DNA of 64,000 nucleotides, from NCBI RefSeq assembly GCF_009914755.1, contig NC_060927.1; one strand, 5' to 3'. Both the position numbers and the translations under genes were made by a program. The notes beneath the pieces are model-generated. The model made no database searches. It was not told the DNA's origin and was given only the letters and a program-made list of their open reading frames with translations. The stretch is from the human T2T-CHM13v2.0 reference genome, Homo sapiens. Positions 51,698 to 64,000 of the stretch are shown here, in pieces (positions within the stretch are counted from its first letter, which is position 1; each line of letters begins with the position of its first letter).

Positions 51698-53866
51698 TGA
51701 TACGGTTTGGCTGTGTCCCCACTTAAGTCTCACCTTGAATTGTGATAATCTCCATGTGTCAAGGGTGGGGCCAGGTGGAGATAATTGAATCATGAGGGGT
51801 GGTTTCCCCCATACTGTTCTCATGTTAGTGAATAAGTCTGATGAGATCTGATGGTTTCATATTTAGGAGTTCCACTGCACAAGCTCTCTTTCCTGCCACC
51901 ATGTAAGATGTGACTTTGCTCCTCATTCATCTTCTGTTATGATTGTGAGGTCTCCCCAGCCATGTTTAACAGTGAGTCAATTAAACCTCTTTTCCTTAAA
52001 AAGAGTACAGACTAATACAGTAAATTGGTACTGGTTGAGTGGGGTGCTGCTGCAAAAATGTCCAAAAATGTGGAAGTGACTTTGGAACTGGGTAACAGGC
52101 AGATGTTGAAACAGTTTGGAGGGCTCAGAAGAAGACAGGAAGATGTGGGAAAATTTGGAACTTCCCCAAAGTTGAGACTTGTTGAATGACTTTGAAAAAA
52201 TGCAGATAGTGATATGGACAATGAAGTCCAGGCTGAAATGGTCTCAGATGGACATGAGGAACTTGTTGAGAACTGGGGCAAAGGTGACTCTTGCTATGTT
52301 TTAACAAACAGACTGGTGGCATTTTGCCCCTGCCCTAGAGAGTTGTGGAACTTTGAACTTGAGAAAGATGATTTAGGACATCTAGCAGAAGAAATTTCTA
52401 AGCAACAAAGTGTTCAAGAAGTGACTTGGGTGCTGTTAACAGCATTCAGTTTTATGTGTTCACAGAGATATGGTTTGGAATTGGAACTTATGTTTAAAAG
52501 GGAAGCAGCGTATAAAAGTTGGGAACATTTGCAGCCTGATATTGTGATAGAAAAGAAAAACCCATTTTCTGAGAAGAAATTCAAGCCAGCTGCAAAAATT
52601 TGCATAAGTCATGAGGAGTCAAATGTTAATCACCAAGACAATGGGGAAAATGTCTCCAAGGGCATGTCAGAGGTATTCATGGCAGCCCCTCTCATCACAG
52701 GCCTGGAGGCTTAGGAGGGATAAATGGTTTTGTGGGCCAGGCCCAGGGCCTTGCTGCTTTGTGCGGTCTCAAGACTTAGTGCCCTGCATCCCAGCCATGG
52801 CTAAAAGGGGCCAACATAGAGCTCAGGCCATCAGAGGATGTACGGAAATGCCTGGATATCCAGGCAGAAGTCTGCTACAGGGGTGAAGTCCTCATGGAGA
52901 ACCTCTGCTAAGGCAAAAGGAAAATGTGTGGGGTTAGAGCCCCCATACAGAGTCCTCACTGGGGCACTGCCTACTGGAGCTGTAAGAAGAAGGCCACCAT
53001 CCTCCAGACCTCAAAATGATAGATCCAATGACAGCTTGCAGTGTATGCCTGGAAAAGCTGCAGACACTCAACATCAGCCTGTGAAAGGAGCTGAGAGGTG
53101 GCTGTACCCTGCAAAACCACAAGGGTGGAGCTGTCCAAGGCCATGGAAGCCCATCTCTTGCATCAGTGTGACCTGGATGAAAGACATGGAGTCAAAAGAG
53201 ATCATTTTGGAACCTTAAGGCTTAATGACTACCCTATTGGATTTTGGACTTGCATGGGGCCTGTAGCCCCTTTGTTTTGGCCAATTTCTCCTATTTGGAA
53301 TGGGTGTATTTACCCAATGCCTGTACCCCCATTGCATCTAGGAAGTAACTAACTTGCTTTTGATTTTACAGGCTCACAGGTGGAAGGGACTTTTGACTTG
53401 GACTTTTGAGTTAATGCTGGAATGAGTTAGGACCTTGGGGGACTGTTGGGAAGGCATACTTGGTTTTGAAATGTGAGGATATGAGATTTTGGAGCAGTCA
53501 GGGGTGGAATGATATGGTTTGGCTCTGAGTCCCCACCCAAATCTCACCTTGAATTGTAATAATCCCCATATGTCAAGGGTGGGGCCAGGTGGAGATAATT
53601 GAATCATGGGAGTGGTTTCCCCCATGCTGTTCTCATAGTAGTGAATGAGTCACATGAGATCTGATGGTTTTATAAATGGGAGTTCCCCTGCACAAGCTAT
53701 CTTGCCTACCAGCATGTAAGATGTGACTTTGCTCCTCATTTGCCTTCCACCATGATTGTTAGGCCTTTCCAGCCATGTGAACTGTGAGTCAATTAAACCT
53801 CTTTCCTTTATAAATTACCCAGTCTCAGCTATGTCTTTATTAGCAGTGGGAGAACAGATTAATACA
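51698..53866 (+). mobile_element. THE1 (B/C-like) MaLR element: 5' LTR 51698-52019, internal 52020-53509, 3' LTR 53510-53866
   Basis: Two homologous TGATA(C/T)GGTTTGGCT...AATACA LTRs; GTAAATTGGTAC internal start; purine tract before 3' LTR; TSD ATATC/ATAGC; decayed MaLR ORF 52214-52714. Confidence 0.96.
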
Positions 53867-53978
53867 ATAGCTCATGGTAAATACATAGTAAATGTTGGCT
53901 ATAATCATTATCAATACAATTTTATGGCACTGGATAACACATGTGTTATTTCATTTAATCCTTATGACCACTCTTTAA

Positions 53979-54285
<307 letters not shown>

Positions 54286-54439
54286 AGCTATTCTTAATAC
54301 ACTCCATAGAAGAGGACATCAAGACTCAGTATCTTGCCCAAAAATATTTGAGTAGTTTGTGAGCAAGTTAAATTTCCGTGTAAGCTGTGTCTGATTCTGA
54401 AGTATGCTTTTAATCATATTGTGATTCTTAATTTCAGAG

Positions 54440-56150
54440 AGTTAGCCTCTGGTTAAAGATGACAGATTGAACTTATATGTTTACCTGTTCTCTCTCCTGA
54501 AATGTAAAATAACAGTAATGGGATATTTAAAAATGCTTAATCCACAGGTGGTGGCAGGATGGTAGAGGTAAAATAACAACAAAATTTTGGAAACTAGAAA
54601 GCAGACGGACAAATCTACTTAATGACTAAATAATACCAAGGAAACTAAGTTCTAAGCCAAGAAACAACCCAATTTACATTGCAGAATTTCCCAAAGGCTC
54701 AGGACATTACCAAATTAGATATCTCTAGAAGCGAGGATAATATTGGGATGAGAAAAGGAAATATTGGTCAAAACTCTTTAGATTCATGTTAAACCTTTCT
54801 TTATGCCACACATCTTAAGTACCTGAACACCACTCTCCCCTGGCCTACAGTATAAAACTGGTTAGAAGGTGAAGAAATTTAAGGGAAGGCTTACATATGG
54901 AAGAGTAAAACATTTTACATTCGTTTTGCTTTCAGTGCCCAATACTGGCAGCCAAGTTTATACCCTTCAGAAAGACAGGTGAGAAATCCTTCTTTGGTAG
55001 TATCTAAGCAGTCCTAGAAGGCTTCTCCACACCAGTTCCTTCTCCACAACCAGGGCCAACTCTCCAGGGGAAAAGACTGCCAGAGGCTTATCCCAGTGAA
55101 GGAAGCACATTATTTCTACTCTGAGCCAGGCTAACTTTCCCTAGCCTTCCCATTTCCTGACTCCAACAGATTCAGAGAGGGAGGTTCTTCACTGAAATGG
55201 CCCATCCTAAAGAGAAGCCCAGAGTTGGCAAGCCTCATCCACTGAGCTTTTCATCACCTTTAGTTTCTGTTTGTAAGTGTAAAAATGCCAATGATCAACA
55301 GATATTTGAGATAAAGGTTTGTGATAAAAAACATCAACAAATAAGAAAGAGGCAAATTGAAGACTTTTCAGGAGAAAACGACAACAAGCCATTGTTGATA
55401 TCTTCAGGGATGTAAAAGATTATAATGGCTCCAAAACAAAAAAGCTGTATGGCATAAAAAAGGAATATTCACAGATTAAGACCTCTTAAAAATTTTGTAA
55501 ATCAATCAATAAAAAATTTTAATAGAAGGTTTAGAATATAGAGTTCAAGAAATATCTCAGAAAGAACAGTAATAATGATAGTCGTAGAAATAGAGAATTG
55601 AGAAAATGTAGAGGAGGAAATATCAAATAATTAACTTAAGAAACTTTGCCAGAATTTAAGGATAGGAATTTTCAGATTTTAGAAAGCAATTTAGTTCCTG
55701 GTATCCTGGATGAAAATAAGTCTACACAAGGCCTACATTGTGTAATTTTAGAAGACTAGAAGAGGAATAAAAACTTCTAAAAACTGCCAGGAAAGAAACA
55801 GCTTTAATAACAAAAAAAAATAGTTATTATATATTTTCTTAGCATCATAAGAAAGTTAAAAAACAAAATTCAAAGTTAAAAAAAAGAAATTCTAAGAAAC
55901 AAATGATTTCCAAAGAAGACTCCTATAACCAGGCATGGTGTTAATTAATTGAAAGGTAAGAGTAAAGAGTAATTAGATATACAAAACCTCTAAAAATGTA
56001 ATTCACAAGAAGCCACTGGAGTATGTGCTCTACCAAAACAAGAACATAAACTAAAAAATATGAAGACCTAGGATTCAGTAACAGAGAATTCAGCAATAGA
56101 GAGGAACAAAGGGAATTTCTAGTTTAATGTGAAGGGAAATCTGTGAAGGA
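54440..56150 (+). mobile_element. HAL1-like (half-L1) or old L1M 5'/ORF1 element
   Basis: L1-type 5' start CTCTGGTTAAAGATG; A-rich decayed ORF1; CTGGAGTATGTGCTCTACCAAAAC...AAAGGGAATTTCTAG resembles the HAL1 post-ORF1 region. Confidence 0.65.
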
Positions 56151-56189
56151 AATCTTTTAAAAGGATCTTAAAGTATTACATTGAAAAAT

Positions 56190-56390
56190 ACTAGACCACA
56201 CACTGAACCAATTAATCACAAAATCTGGGGATGGGCCCCAGGCATCAGTTTTTTCTAAGCTCTTTAGGTGGTATCAATGCATAGATAAGTTTGATAACCA
56301 TTGGTGTACAAGCTTGTTGTACAAAATGTGCTCCCTGAGGCAGTAGCATTGGCATCACTGGGGAACTTGTTAGAAATGCAGTATCTCAGG
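56190..56390. mobile_element. Two adjacent MER5-type fragments
   Basis: AATCTGGGGATGGGCCCCAGGCATCAG; AGCATTGGCATCACTGGGGAACTTGTTAGAAATGCAG. Confidence 0.75.
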
Positions 56391-56399
56391 AATGGCAGG

Positions 56400-58940
56400 G
56401 ACATGGAAATATGTTTTAAAGACTTGCTACAGCCTGAGTGTGGACTACTGTGAGAGTGAGAAAATTCTAGGGGCTGCAGTCTTAGAGGAAAGCCCCACAC
56501 TCTCATGGGCTTTACCTCCAGTACCTCCACTAAAATCTTATGGTGAAGAACCAAGAAAGTTGATGTCCTTGTGCCCCCAGCAGAGGAAAGGGAAGAATAA
56601 TCATTGTAAAAACACCAGTGCCTTCTCCACAAGGAGGGCCAGCTCTCCAGGGGAAGACTGTCAGAGGCTTATCCCAGTGGAGGAAGGGTATTATTTCTAC
56701 TCTGAGCCAGGCTAGCTTTCCCTAGCCTTCCCGTTTTCTAACCCCAACAGGGGTCAGAGATTCAAGGAAATAGATTTGGAATGCTGCAGCCAGAGAAGAC
56801 AGTGGGGGACAGAAGCAAATATATGTATATATATTTAGGTCATATATATAGATATAGATCTATCTATATATATAGATCTATATCTATGTCTATATATATC
56901 TAGAGAATCACTAGTGAAGGTCACAACCTCGAGACAGCCCACCAAAGAACTGAGATTAAATCATAAGATTATAAAATACTTCTTCTCCCCCACACTGTAC
57001 CACCGCGCCACGGGGCCCTAATAGAACAACGGTTACAGCTGAAAAGATGCAAGACACAGACTTTCTCTGAGTATTAATTAGGGACGTCGAAAGTTAAGAG
57101 TGAAGATAAAACAAGGACAAAGGAATTAAAGACCTCTGGCACTATGACTACTGCAAACATTGAACAAAAACACAAATATTAAAAACATCTAACTCCTAGC
57201 CAAATTAACATAAATCCTCATATTAAGGATCATTTATTCAGTTTCTAGTACCTGATACATATTTGGCTTTCAAGGAAAACTTACAATGTATGCCTAAACC
57301 AAGAGAAAAGAAAAGAGGTAAAGCAATCATCAGAACAAGCTTCAGGTGTAACACAGATGCTGGAAATATCAAATGGGGCATTTAAAATAACTGTGATTCA
57401 TGTGTTCGTTGCTCTAATGGAAAACTTAGACAACATGAAAAACAGGTAACATAAGCAGAGAAGTGAAATCTCTAAGAAAAAATAAAGAAGAAATACTAGA
57501 AATAAAAAAGAATCTAAGAGAAGTTGAAGAATATCTTTGATGGGCTCATACTAGACTTGACACAGTGGAGGAAAGAATCAATGAGCAGGAAGATAGGACA
57601 ACGGAAACTTCCAAAACTGAAATGCAAAGAGAATTTAAAAAGCAAAACAGAACATCCAAAAAATTATATGACAATTTTTAAAGGTGTAAAACATGTATAA
57701 TTGTAATAATAGAAAGGGAAGAAAGAGAGAATGGAGCAGAAGATATCCTGAAAGTAATAATGATCAGGAACTTTACAAAATTAGTGACAGACAGCAAACC
57801 ACAGATTGAGGGAATTTAGCAAACACCAAACAGGATAGGTACAAATAACTAACTAAATAAATAAACTAAGCATATCATATTCAAGCTGCAGAAAACCAAA
57901 GATAAAGACAAAATCTAGAAAGAAGCCAGAGAGAAACACTTTATGTATAGAGGAACAAGGATAAGAATTACATGAACCTTCCCATCTGAAGCCATGCAAA
58001 GAAGAAGAAAGTGGAGTGAAGCATTTAGTGCTGAAAAAGAGAGAAAAACCTCATAAATCTGAATTATATACCTAGCAAAATTATTCTTCAAACATGAAAG
58101 AGAATTAAAGCTTTTCTCAAACAAACAAAAACTGAATGAATTCATTTTCAGCAGACATAAGAATGTTACATAAGAAATGTTAAAAAAAAATTTTAGGCAG
58201 GAGGAAATTGATATATGTCAGAAACTTGGATCTACATTAAAAAAGAGCATTAGAGAAGGAAAGACAATGAAGGGAAAATAGAACCTTTTATTTTTCTTAT
58301 ACTTAATTGACCTAAAAGATAACTATTAAAAAATAATAGTAATAATATTTTAGGTGATTATAGTACATGGATAAGTAAAATGACAGCAATGTCACAAGGG
58401 ATGAGAAGGAGGAATTGGGAATACTCCGTTATAAATCACCTGTGCTACATGTGAAGTGGTATAGTGTTATTTGAAGGTAGACATCGATTAGTTTAAAATA
58501 TATACTGTAAACTCTAAGCTAAACACTAATTTTTTAAAGAAATATAGTTGATAAACTAAAAGAGGAGATAAAAAAGAATCAGATAAAATGCTTGTTTAAA
58601 ACCAGAAAATGCAGAAAAAATTTGAGGAAGTGGGAAACAAACAGCAAATGTAACAAATGGAATCTAAGTTACAAATTAGGTAGATATTAACTTGATATCA
58701 ATAATCATTTTGTGAATAGTTTACACAGACCAATTAAAAGACTGACTGTGAGGGTGGATAAAAAAAAGACAAGACTTATGTGTTTAAATATAGACTCAGG
58801 TTAAAAGTTGAGGATTGGAGAAAGATATGCCATGCTAACCCTAATCAAAGGAAAAGTGGAGTAGCTATGTTAATTTCAGAAGAAGCCAACTTCAGGACAA
58901 GGAATAATTATCAGGGGTCAAGAAGGATATTACATAAAAA
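56400..58940 (+). mobile_element. Old L1M (MC/MD-like): 5' region, decayed ORF1, start of ORF2
   Basis: ORF1 motifs (AAACCAAAGATAAAGACAAAATC, TATACCTAGCAAAATTATTCTTCAAACATGAAAGAG); ORF2 endonuclease start (AAAGATATGCCATGCTAAC...GGAGTAGCTATGTTAATTTCAGA). Confidence 0.88.
56820..56903. repeat. (TA)/(GATA/TATC) self-complementary low-complexity tract
   Basis: Direct reading. Confidence 0.85.
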
Positions 58941-60435
58941 GCACCTGCTCTGTGTCTAACACCATGACAAATTTTTAAAATTTACATTATTTAATTTATT
59001 CCTCTTGAAAATACAATTGGTGAGTGGTATTTACTCTATGTTTAAAGATTTAAAAATTAATAAAATGTGAATAATGTCATTATGAATTAGTCTCCTTTTG
59101 TTAACTAAATTACATTGCAACAGCAAACAAAAATCAGCATTTGAAAGGTGCAAACAGGAACTCAATACACCATTTCATTGGTTAATTTTATATTTCATTG
59201 ATTATTGTCATATAAGCCTATTCAAAACTGCTGACACTGTTGCTGCTCAGGTAGGCAAGAGACTCAGGAAAAGGCTTATCAGTAGAACCTTGTACACCAG
59301 CCTGTTGTCATGTGTGGTCTGTGGCTATCTTGTCTCACAGGCTGCTGATGCCACACGATCTCACATGTAATCCTGGTGGCAGTTTCTACTGCTACTTACT
59401 GTCTCACAGCTTTACCACATGGGTTGATGTGTTTGGTATGTGCTTAGCACATTTTATCTGCCTGCCAAGTTGAGGTTTGCTCCACTTAATGAAGCTCCTG
59501 CCTTGGTGTCCTGCTACCATTTATCATTTGCAAACACCTCGTCCTGCAGAGCAGAGCTAGAGGGAGCATGGCTTCATGTTGCTGATCTGGCTGGAGTCCA
59601 GGTTCTTGTAGCCAGTGATCCGCAATTCCATTTCATAATAAGAAAGAGCTTATAGTATTGCTGGTGAAACTGCCTGAAGAAATCCAGGTGCTGGCAAGTC
59701 TAGATCCTATTATATAGGATCTAGATAATGTGCTGACCTGTATATTAGTGTTTAAGTCCACCCCCCTCATTCCAAGTTACATGACCTTCTGCACGACCAA
59801 CCTTATACATTCTGCATTTACAAAATAGACAATATATTACTTGGTCTGATGTGGGAAATGACATGAGTTATTATACTTTTACAATAAAGAGATAGATGGT
59901 ATCTTCATTTGTAAATGTACATGGCGATTTATTAACTTATGCAAGAAAAAATATTAATGCTATGTTATAAATATTATTCTTCAACTAAGGACTTTACATG
60001 TAAAATCTAGATCAGATTTAAAACAAAATAAAACAAACTAGCAAATAGTTTAATATCAAGATCAATGTTACAGTCCTCACACTTCCTGGCTTTTGAAGTT
60101 TATTTTATCCATATTAGTTTTATTTAACACACTCTTATGTAGTACTGATTATGTGATTTAGCAAGTTCTTCAGGTGATTCTTATGGAGGTGAAACCACTG
60201 AATTACAGGGAAAAGTAAAGCTCTTGGGTACCTCCTATTATATGAACCTTATTCTCTTACTTTTCAGTTGACTGTTTCTATGCAAATAAAGATCAATAGT
60301 GTAATTCTAACTCTATTACACATGAGAAACTTTATATTAAGTTACAAGCTTGGAGGCCACGAACTCCTTGGAAGAGATAGTAGGGAACAACCCAAACACA
60401 TTTTATCTAGTGACTCCTGGTATTTATGGAAATAG

Positions 60436-61145
60436 TTTTTTTGTTGTTTTTTTTTTTTTTTTCAAATTTAACATGTATTTTAAGTTCAGGGGTACATGTG
60501 CAGGTTTGTTACACAGGTAAACTTGTGTCGTGGGAGTTCATTGTACAGGTTATTTCATCACTCAGGTATTAAGCCTAGTCCCCATTAGTTATTTTTTCTG
60601 ATCCTCTCCCTCTGCCCACCCTGTGCCCTCCAATAGACCCCAGTGTGTGGGGTTCCCCTCTCTGTGTCCATGTGTTCCCATCATTTAGCCCACTTATAAG
60701 TGAGAACATGCAGTATTTGGTTTTCTGTTCCTGTGTTAGTTTGCTGAAGACAATGGCCTCTAGCTTTATGCATGTTCCTGCAAAGGACATGATGACATCC
60801 TTTTTTATGTCTGCATAGTATTCTAAGGTGTATATGTACCATATTTTCTTCATCCAGTCTACCGCTTATGGACATTAGGTTAATTCCATATCTTTGCTGT
60901 CGTAAATAGTGCTTCAATGAACATACGTGTGCATGTCTCTTCATAATAGAATGATTTGTATTCCTTTGGGTATGTACCCCGTAATGGGATTATTGATTTG
61001 AGAGATATTTCTGTTTTTAGGTCTTTGAGGAATCACCACAGTGTCTTCCACAATGGTTGAACCAATTTACACTCCCACCAACAATGTATAAGTGTTCCTT
61101 TTCCTCTGCAACCTCATCAGCATCTGTTATTTTTTGACTTTTTAA
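60436..61145 (-). mobile_element. Primate L1 (older L1PA-like) 3' end, 5'-truncated
   Basis: T tail then TTAAGTTCAGGGGTACATGTGCAGG; minus ORF 60575-60853 gives KKIWYIYTLEYY, the L1 ORF2 C-terminus; degenerate TSD GGAAA..GTTTT. Confidence 0.95.
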
Positions 61146-63109
61146 GGAAAGGGGTTTTAACCTATAACTCACATTGTATAGACATACTTTCATTTGCCTT
61201 TGTTTCTGTTTAAAAACTAAATAATCATCCGTGATAATTTCTTGATATGCCCCAGGAACAAGTGAACCACCTTACTGTCAAAGGGGCTGCTCTCTACCAG
61301 CATGACTATACTGGAGAAAACTATCTTTTGATGTTAGAGAACACGATGTCGATGAAAGCACTAGCAATATAATATCCCTCAAAGCAAAATGGTTAAGAAC
61401 GTAAGCTCTGTGGAGCAAGTATATTTACATAGTGCCATCACACAAAGTATTACTTACAGACAAACACAGGTGAGGAAATAGGAAAGAAAACTATTTAGAT
61501 ATTAGCTAAGGCTGATAGTTAAGGACAGAATTTGTTACATGTTAATTTAGGATACTTAATTTTAAAAGAATAAATACATCACTAATGCTATTTTGCATGT
61601 TTTAGCACCTTTTACTTTTTCTGAAGTAAACACATGGAAAGAGAAATTAAAGAGCCTTAGATGAAGGTTAAGGCAGTGGCTTTGAGCATATTAGTTGGGT
61701 GGTAATTTAAACAATACAAAATTACAATTGACGGTGTGGTGAAACATTATTGAAGCAGGATGTTATGAGGACTATGGTTTTAACAGGTTGCAGGAGAAAG
61801 TGTCGATGCAAAAAGGGCAGAGATGGTCCTGATATTAATGCCTCCAGTAATGATAAAAATATATTGAATGAATTTTATGATACAAATACATTCGCAAATA
61901 TGGAAAATTGTTTCTTATTCAAAGAATGTTATGAGGCATGAAGCCTGCTGAAGAATATGAGCTAAAATAAGCTAATAAAGAGAGAGAATGTGGCAGTCGC
62001 TGTGAATCCAGGCAGTATAATTCTTGTCAGGTTTTTGCTTTTAATTCTGTAAATCTCACTCAGCTTCTATGAGCAAGTCATGGAACTTTACTGCCCCACT
62101 GAATCGCTAGATTTTGGTCAAAACTGAAGATTTTTTAACGCCAAGGCTAGTCGCTCTGCAACCAACAGACAGCCTTTTCTATCGAGTGTACTAGGCTGAT
62201 TCGATGAGGTGTCAGTCATTCCATCTCTTACTTGGCTCTCAGTTCATGCACCAGATTGACAAGGAGTCTATGTCATTTGCCCTTCTTGTGATGTGGGACA
62301 TGATCTCTACCAGAAACTCCTTTTCAGAAAAGGATTCTCAGCAGCAAGTCACTTCTATAACTTACCCTAATGGTGGTCTTTACATCATCGAAGTGCATAC
62401 TAAAAATAAAGTTTAATGCTAACCTTTCCACATCATTCTTCTTTAAGGATTGTTCAGAATGTTCCTCCATGTGCTACATCTTATGGAATATTTACTCTAA
62501 GGTTACCCCCCTGAGTCCATACCTGGTTAACTTAAGAAAACACCTTCCTTCCAAATAGGTAAAGTCAGCTTCTACAATGAGTTAAATTTATGATTTAGAG
62601 AAATATTATGTTCTGGGTATTCAGAAGTTCTAATTGCCTTATGTTTTACTTCTTGACTGTCCAGGTGGCCTTTCACAAACCCTTCACACTCTTCAAAGTG
62701 GCTTCCTTCTTCTTTTCAGGGAAGCTTGAAGAACTAAGAAAATGTACTCTAGCCCTCTTAATCTCTCTCCTTCCATACCCACAGTAACCAGTGATGCTTA
62801 GCTATTTTGTAGTTTGAATTGTTTCATTTACATAACTCCCAGGGAAAGAACATGTGGTGTTTTCCACAGGATCTACCATAGACATGAGCATCAAAAATTG
62901 CTCATTGAATATAAAAGCAATTCGCTTAGCGAGCTCTAATTTCACTTGAAGTTGTTTCCCATAGCGTGAGACTCCTCGGGCATGAGAAAACAAGAGAGAC
63001 TCCCTTAGGAGTCAGTTATTTAGAAAGGAGGCATTCAGTCCCATATACCAGTTGCCTCATACATTTTACCTTCAGACGCAGAACATAATATATATATATA
63101 AATATAAAA

Positions 63110-63347
63110 TTTTTATTTTTTAATCTTTTAAATTTTACTTTAAGTTCCAGGATGCATGTCCAGAACGTGCAGGCTTGTTACATAGGTATACATGTGTCAT
63201 GGTGGTTTGCTGCACCTCTCAGTCCATCATCTAGGTTTTAAGCCCGGCATGCATTAGGTGTTTGTCCTAATGCTCTCTCTCCCCTTGCCCCCCATCCTCC
63301 GACAGGCCCCAGTGTGTGAAGTTCCCCTCCCTGTGTCCATGTGTTCT
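63110..63347 (-). mobile_element. L1PA7/8-like 3' UTR fragment
   Basis: TTTAAGTTCCAGGATGCATGT...GGTGGTTTGCTGCACC...TTCCCCTCCCTGTGTCCATGTGTTCT. Confidence 0.9.
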
Positions 63348-64000
63348 AAGTCCTCTATGGGAAGAACTATCCAAGATGTCTAGGTTAATTCTTGTATTTC
63401 CAAAATGTTTTCATTGGCTCTCCATGATTTTTCTTTTTCCTTTGAAGATGAAGCATTCAAAGGCACCAGGTAAGGGAGATAAGGCTCAGTAAGTTAGTGA
63501 AGTTATTGGAGCTCGCTTATTGCAAAGGACAAAATATATACGCCTGAAAAGTGAAAATAGCAATAGAGTGATTTCCAGGGCCAAAGAAGTCAGGGCTTCT
63601 GGCAGCGAGGTTGAGATGGACAATGTGTTTGGAATCGTTTGTGTTTATGGTGCCTTTGTAGGCCTGTGACTGCCTGTGCTTAGGAAGATAAGAAACGCTG
63701 AGAGGTAACAATTTTCTGCCTAAGAATGTGAGAAATGACAGCAAAATAAGTAGGACTTTCGTGTTGCAGCAGTGGTAGCTGGAAAGCTTACTGAAGTTGA
63801 GCTACTGATAAGCCCAGAATGGAAATAAGGCCAACCCTCTGATGCTCCAACCACCTCCTTGAAAATGATCTTTGTGAGGCCAATATTCAAAATTCTCACA
63901 ATTCAAAGACATTACTGTGTCCTAATTATCTTTGACTTTCCATAGCATTTGGCTCCCCACTATTGATGGTAGTCTCTAATTTGACATACAGGTTGCCCCA

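Noticed and set aside
52214-53352. Cluster of ORFs up to 166 aa
   Set aside because: Frameshifted remnants of the THE1 MaLR internal ORF, not a host gene
60575-60944. ORFs resembling L1 ORF2 C-terminus
   Set aside because: 5'-truncated, frameshifted L1 copy
62802-63744. Minus-strand ORFs 62802-62993 and 63517-63744 as possible coding exons
   Set aside because: Peptides not recognised and splice signals unconvincing

Overview
This is AT-rich, CpG-poor primate genomic DNA, probably human or another catarrhine, judging from AluJ/AluS, MER11, THE1 and L1PA elements. It reads as intronic or intergenic. I found no recognisable protein-coding exon, RNA gene or CpG island. The supplied ORFs are chance ORFs or decayed repeat frames. 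The window is dominated by interspersed repeats: 12 Alus, many L2/MIR fragments, old L1/HAL1 pieces, MaLR LTRs including a two-LTR THE1 element, a solo MER11 (HERV-K11/HML-8) LTR, hAT MER elements and a half MADE1. The most unusual structures are fossil templated-insertion or template-switch scars. The clearest are a 54-bp segment copied exactly 1300 bp downstream between 25-bp direct repeats, a ~140-bp block shared between two different old L1-family elements, and a tail-less L1 fragment with a snap-back junction. There is also a candidate non-coding exon at 47469-47622 and a few candidate conserved non-coding elements. I found no evidence for a novel gene system. Repeat subfamily names come from recalled consensus sequences, not an alignment, and boundaries of old repeats are approximate.
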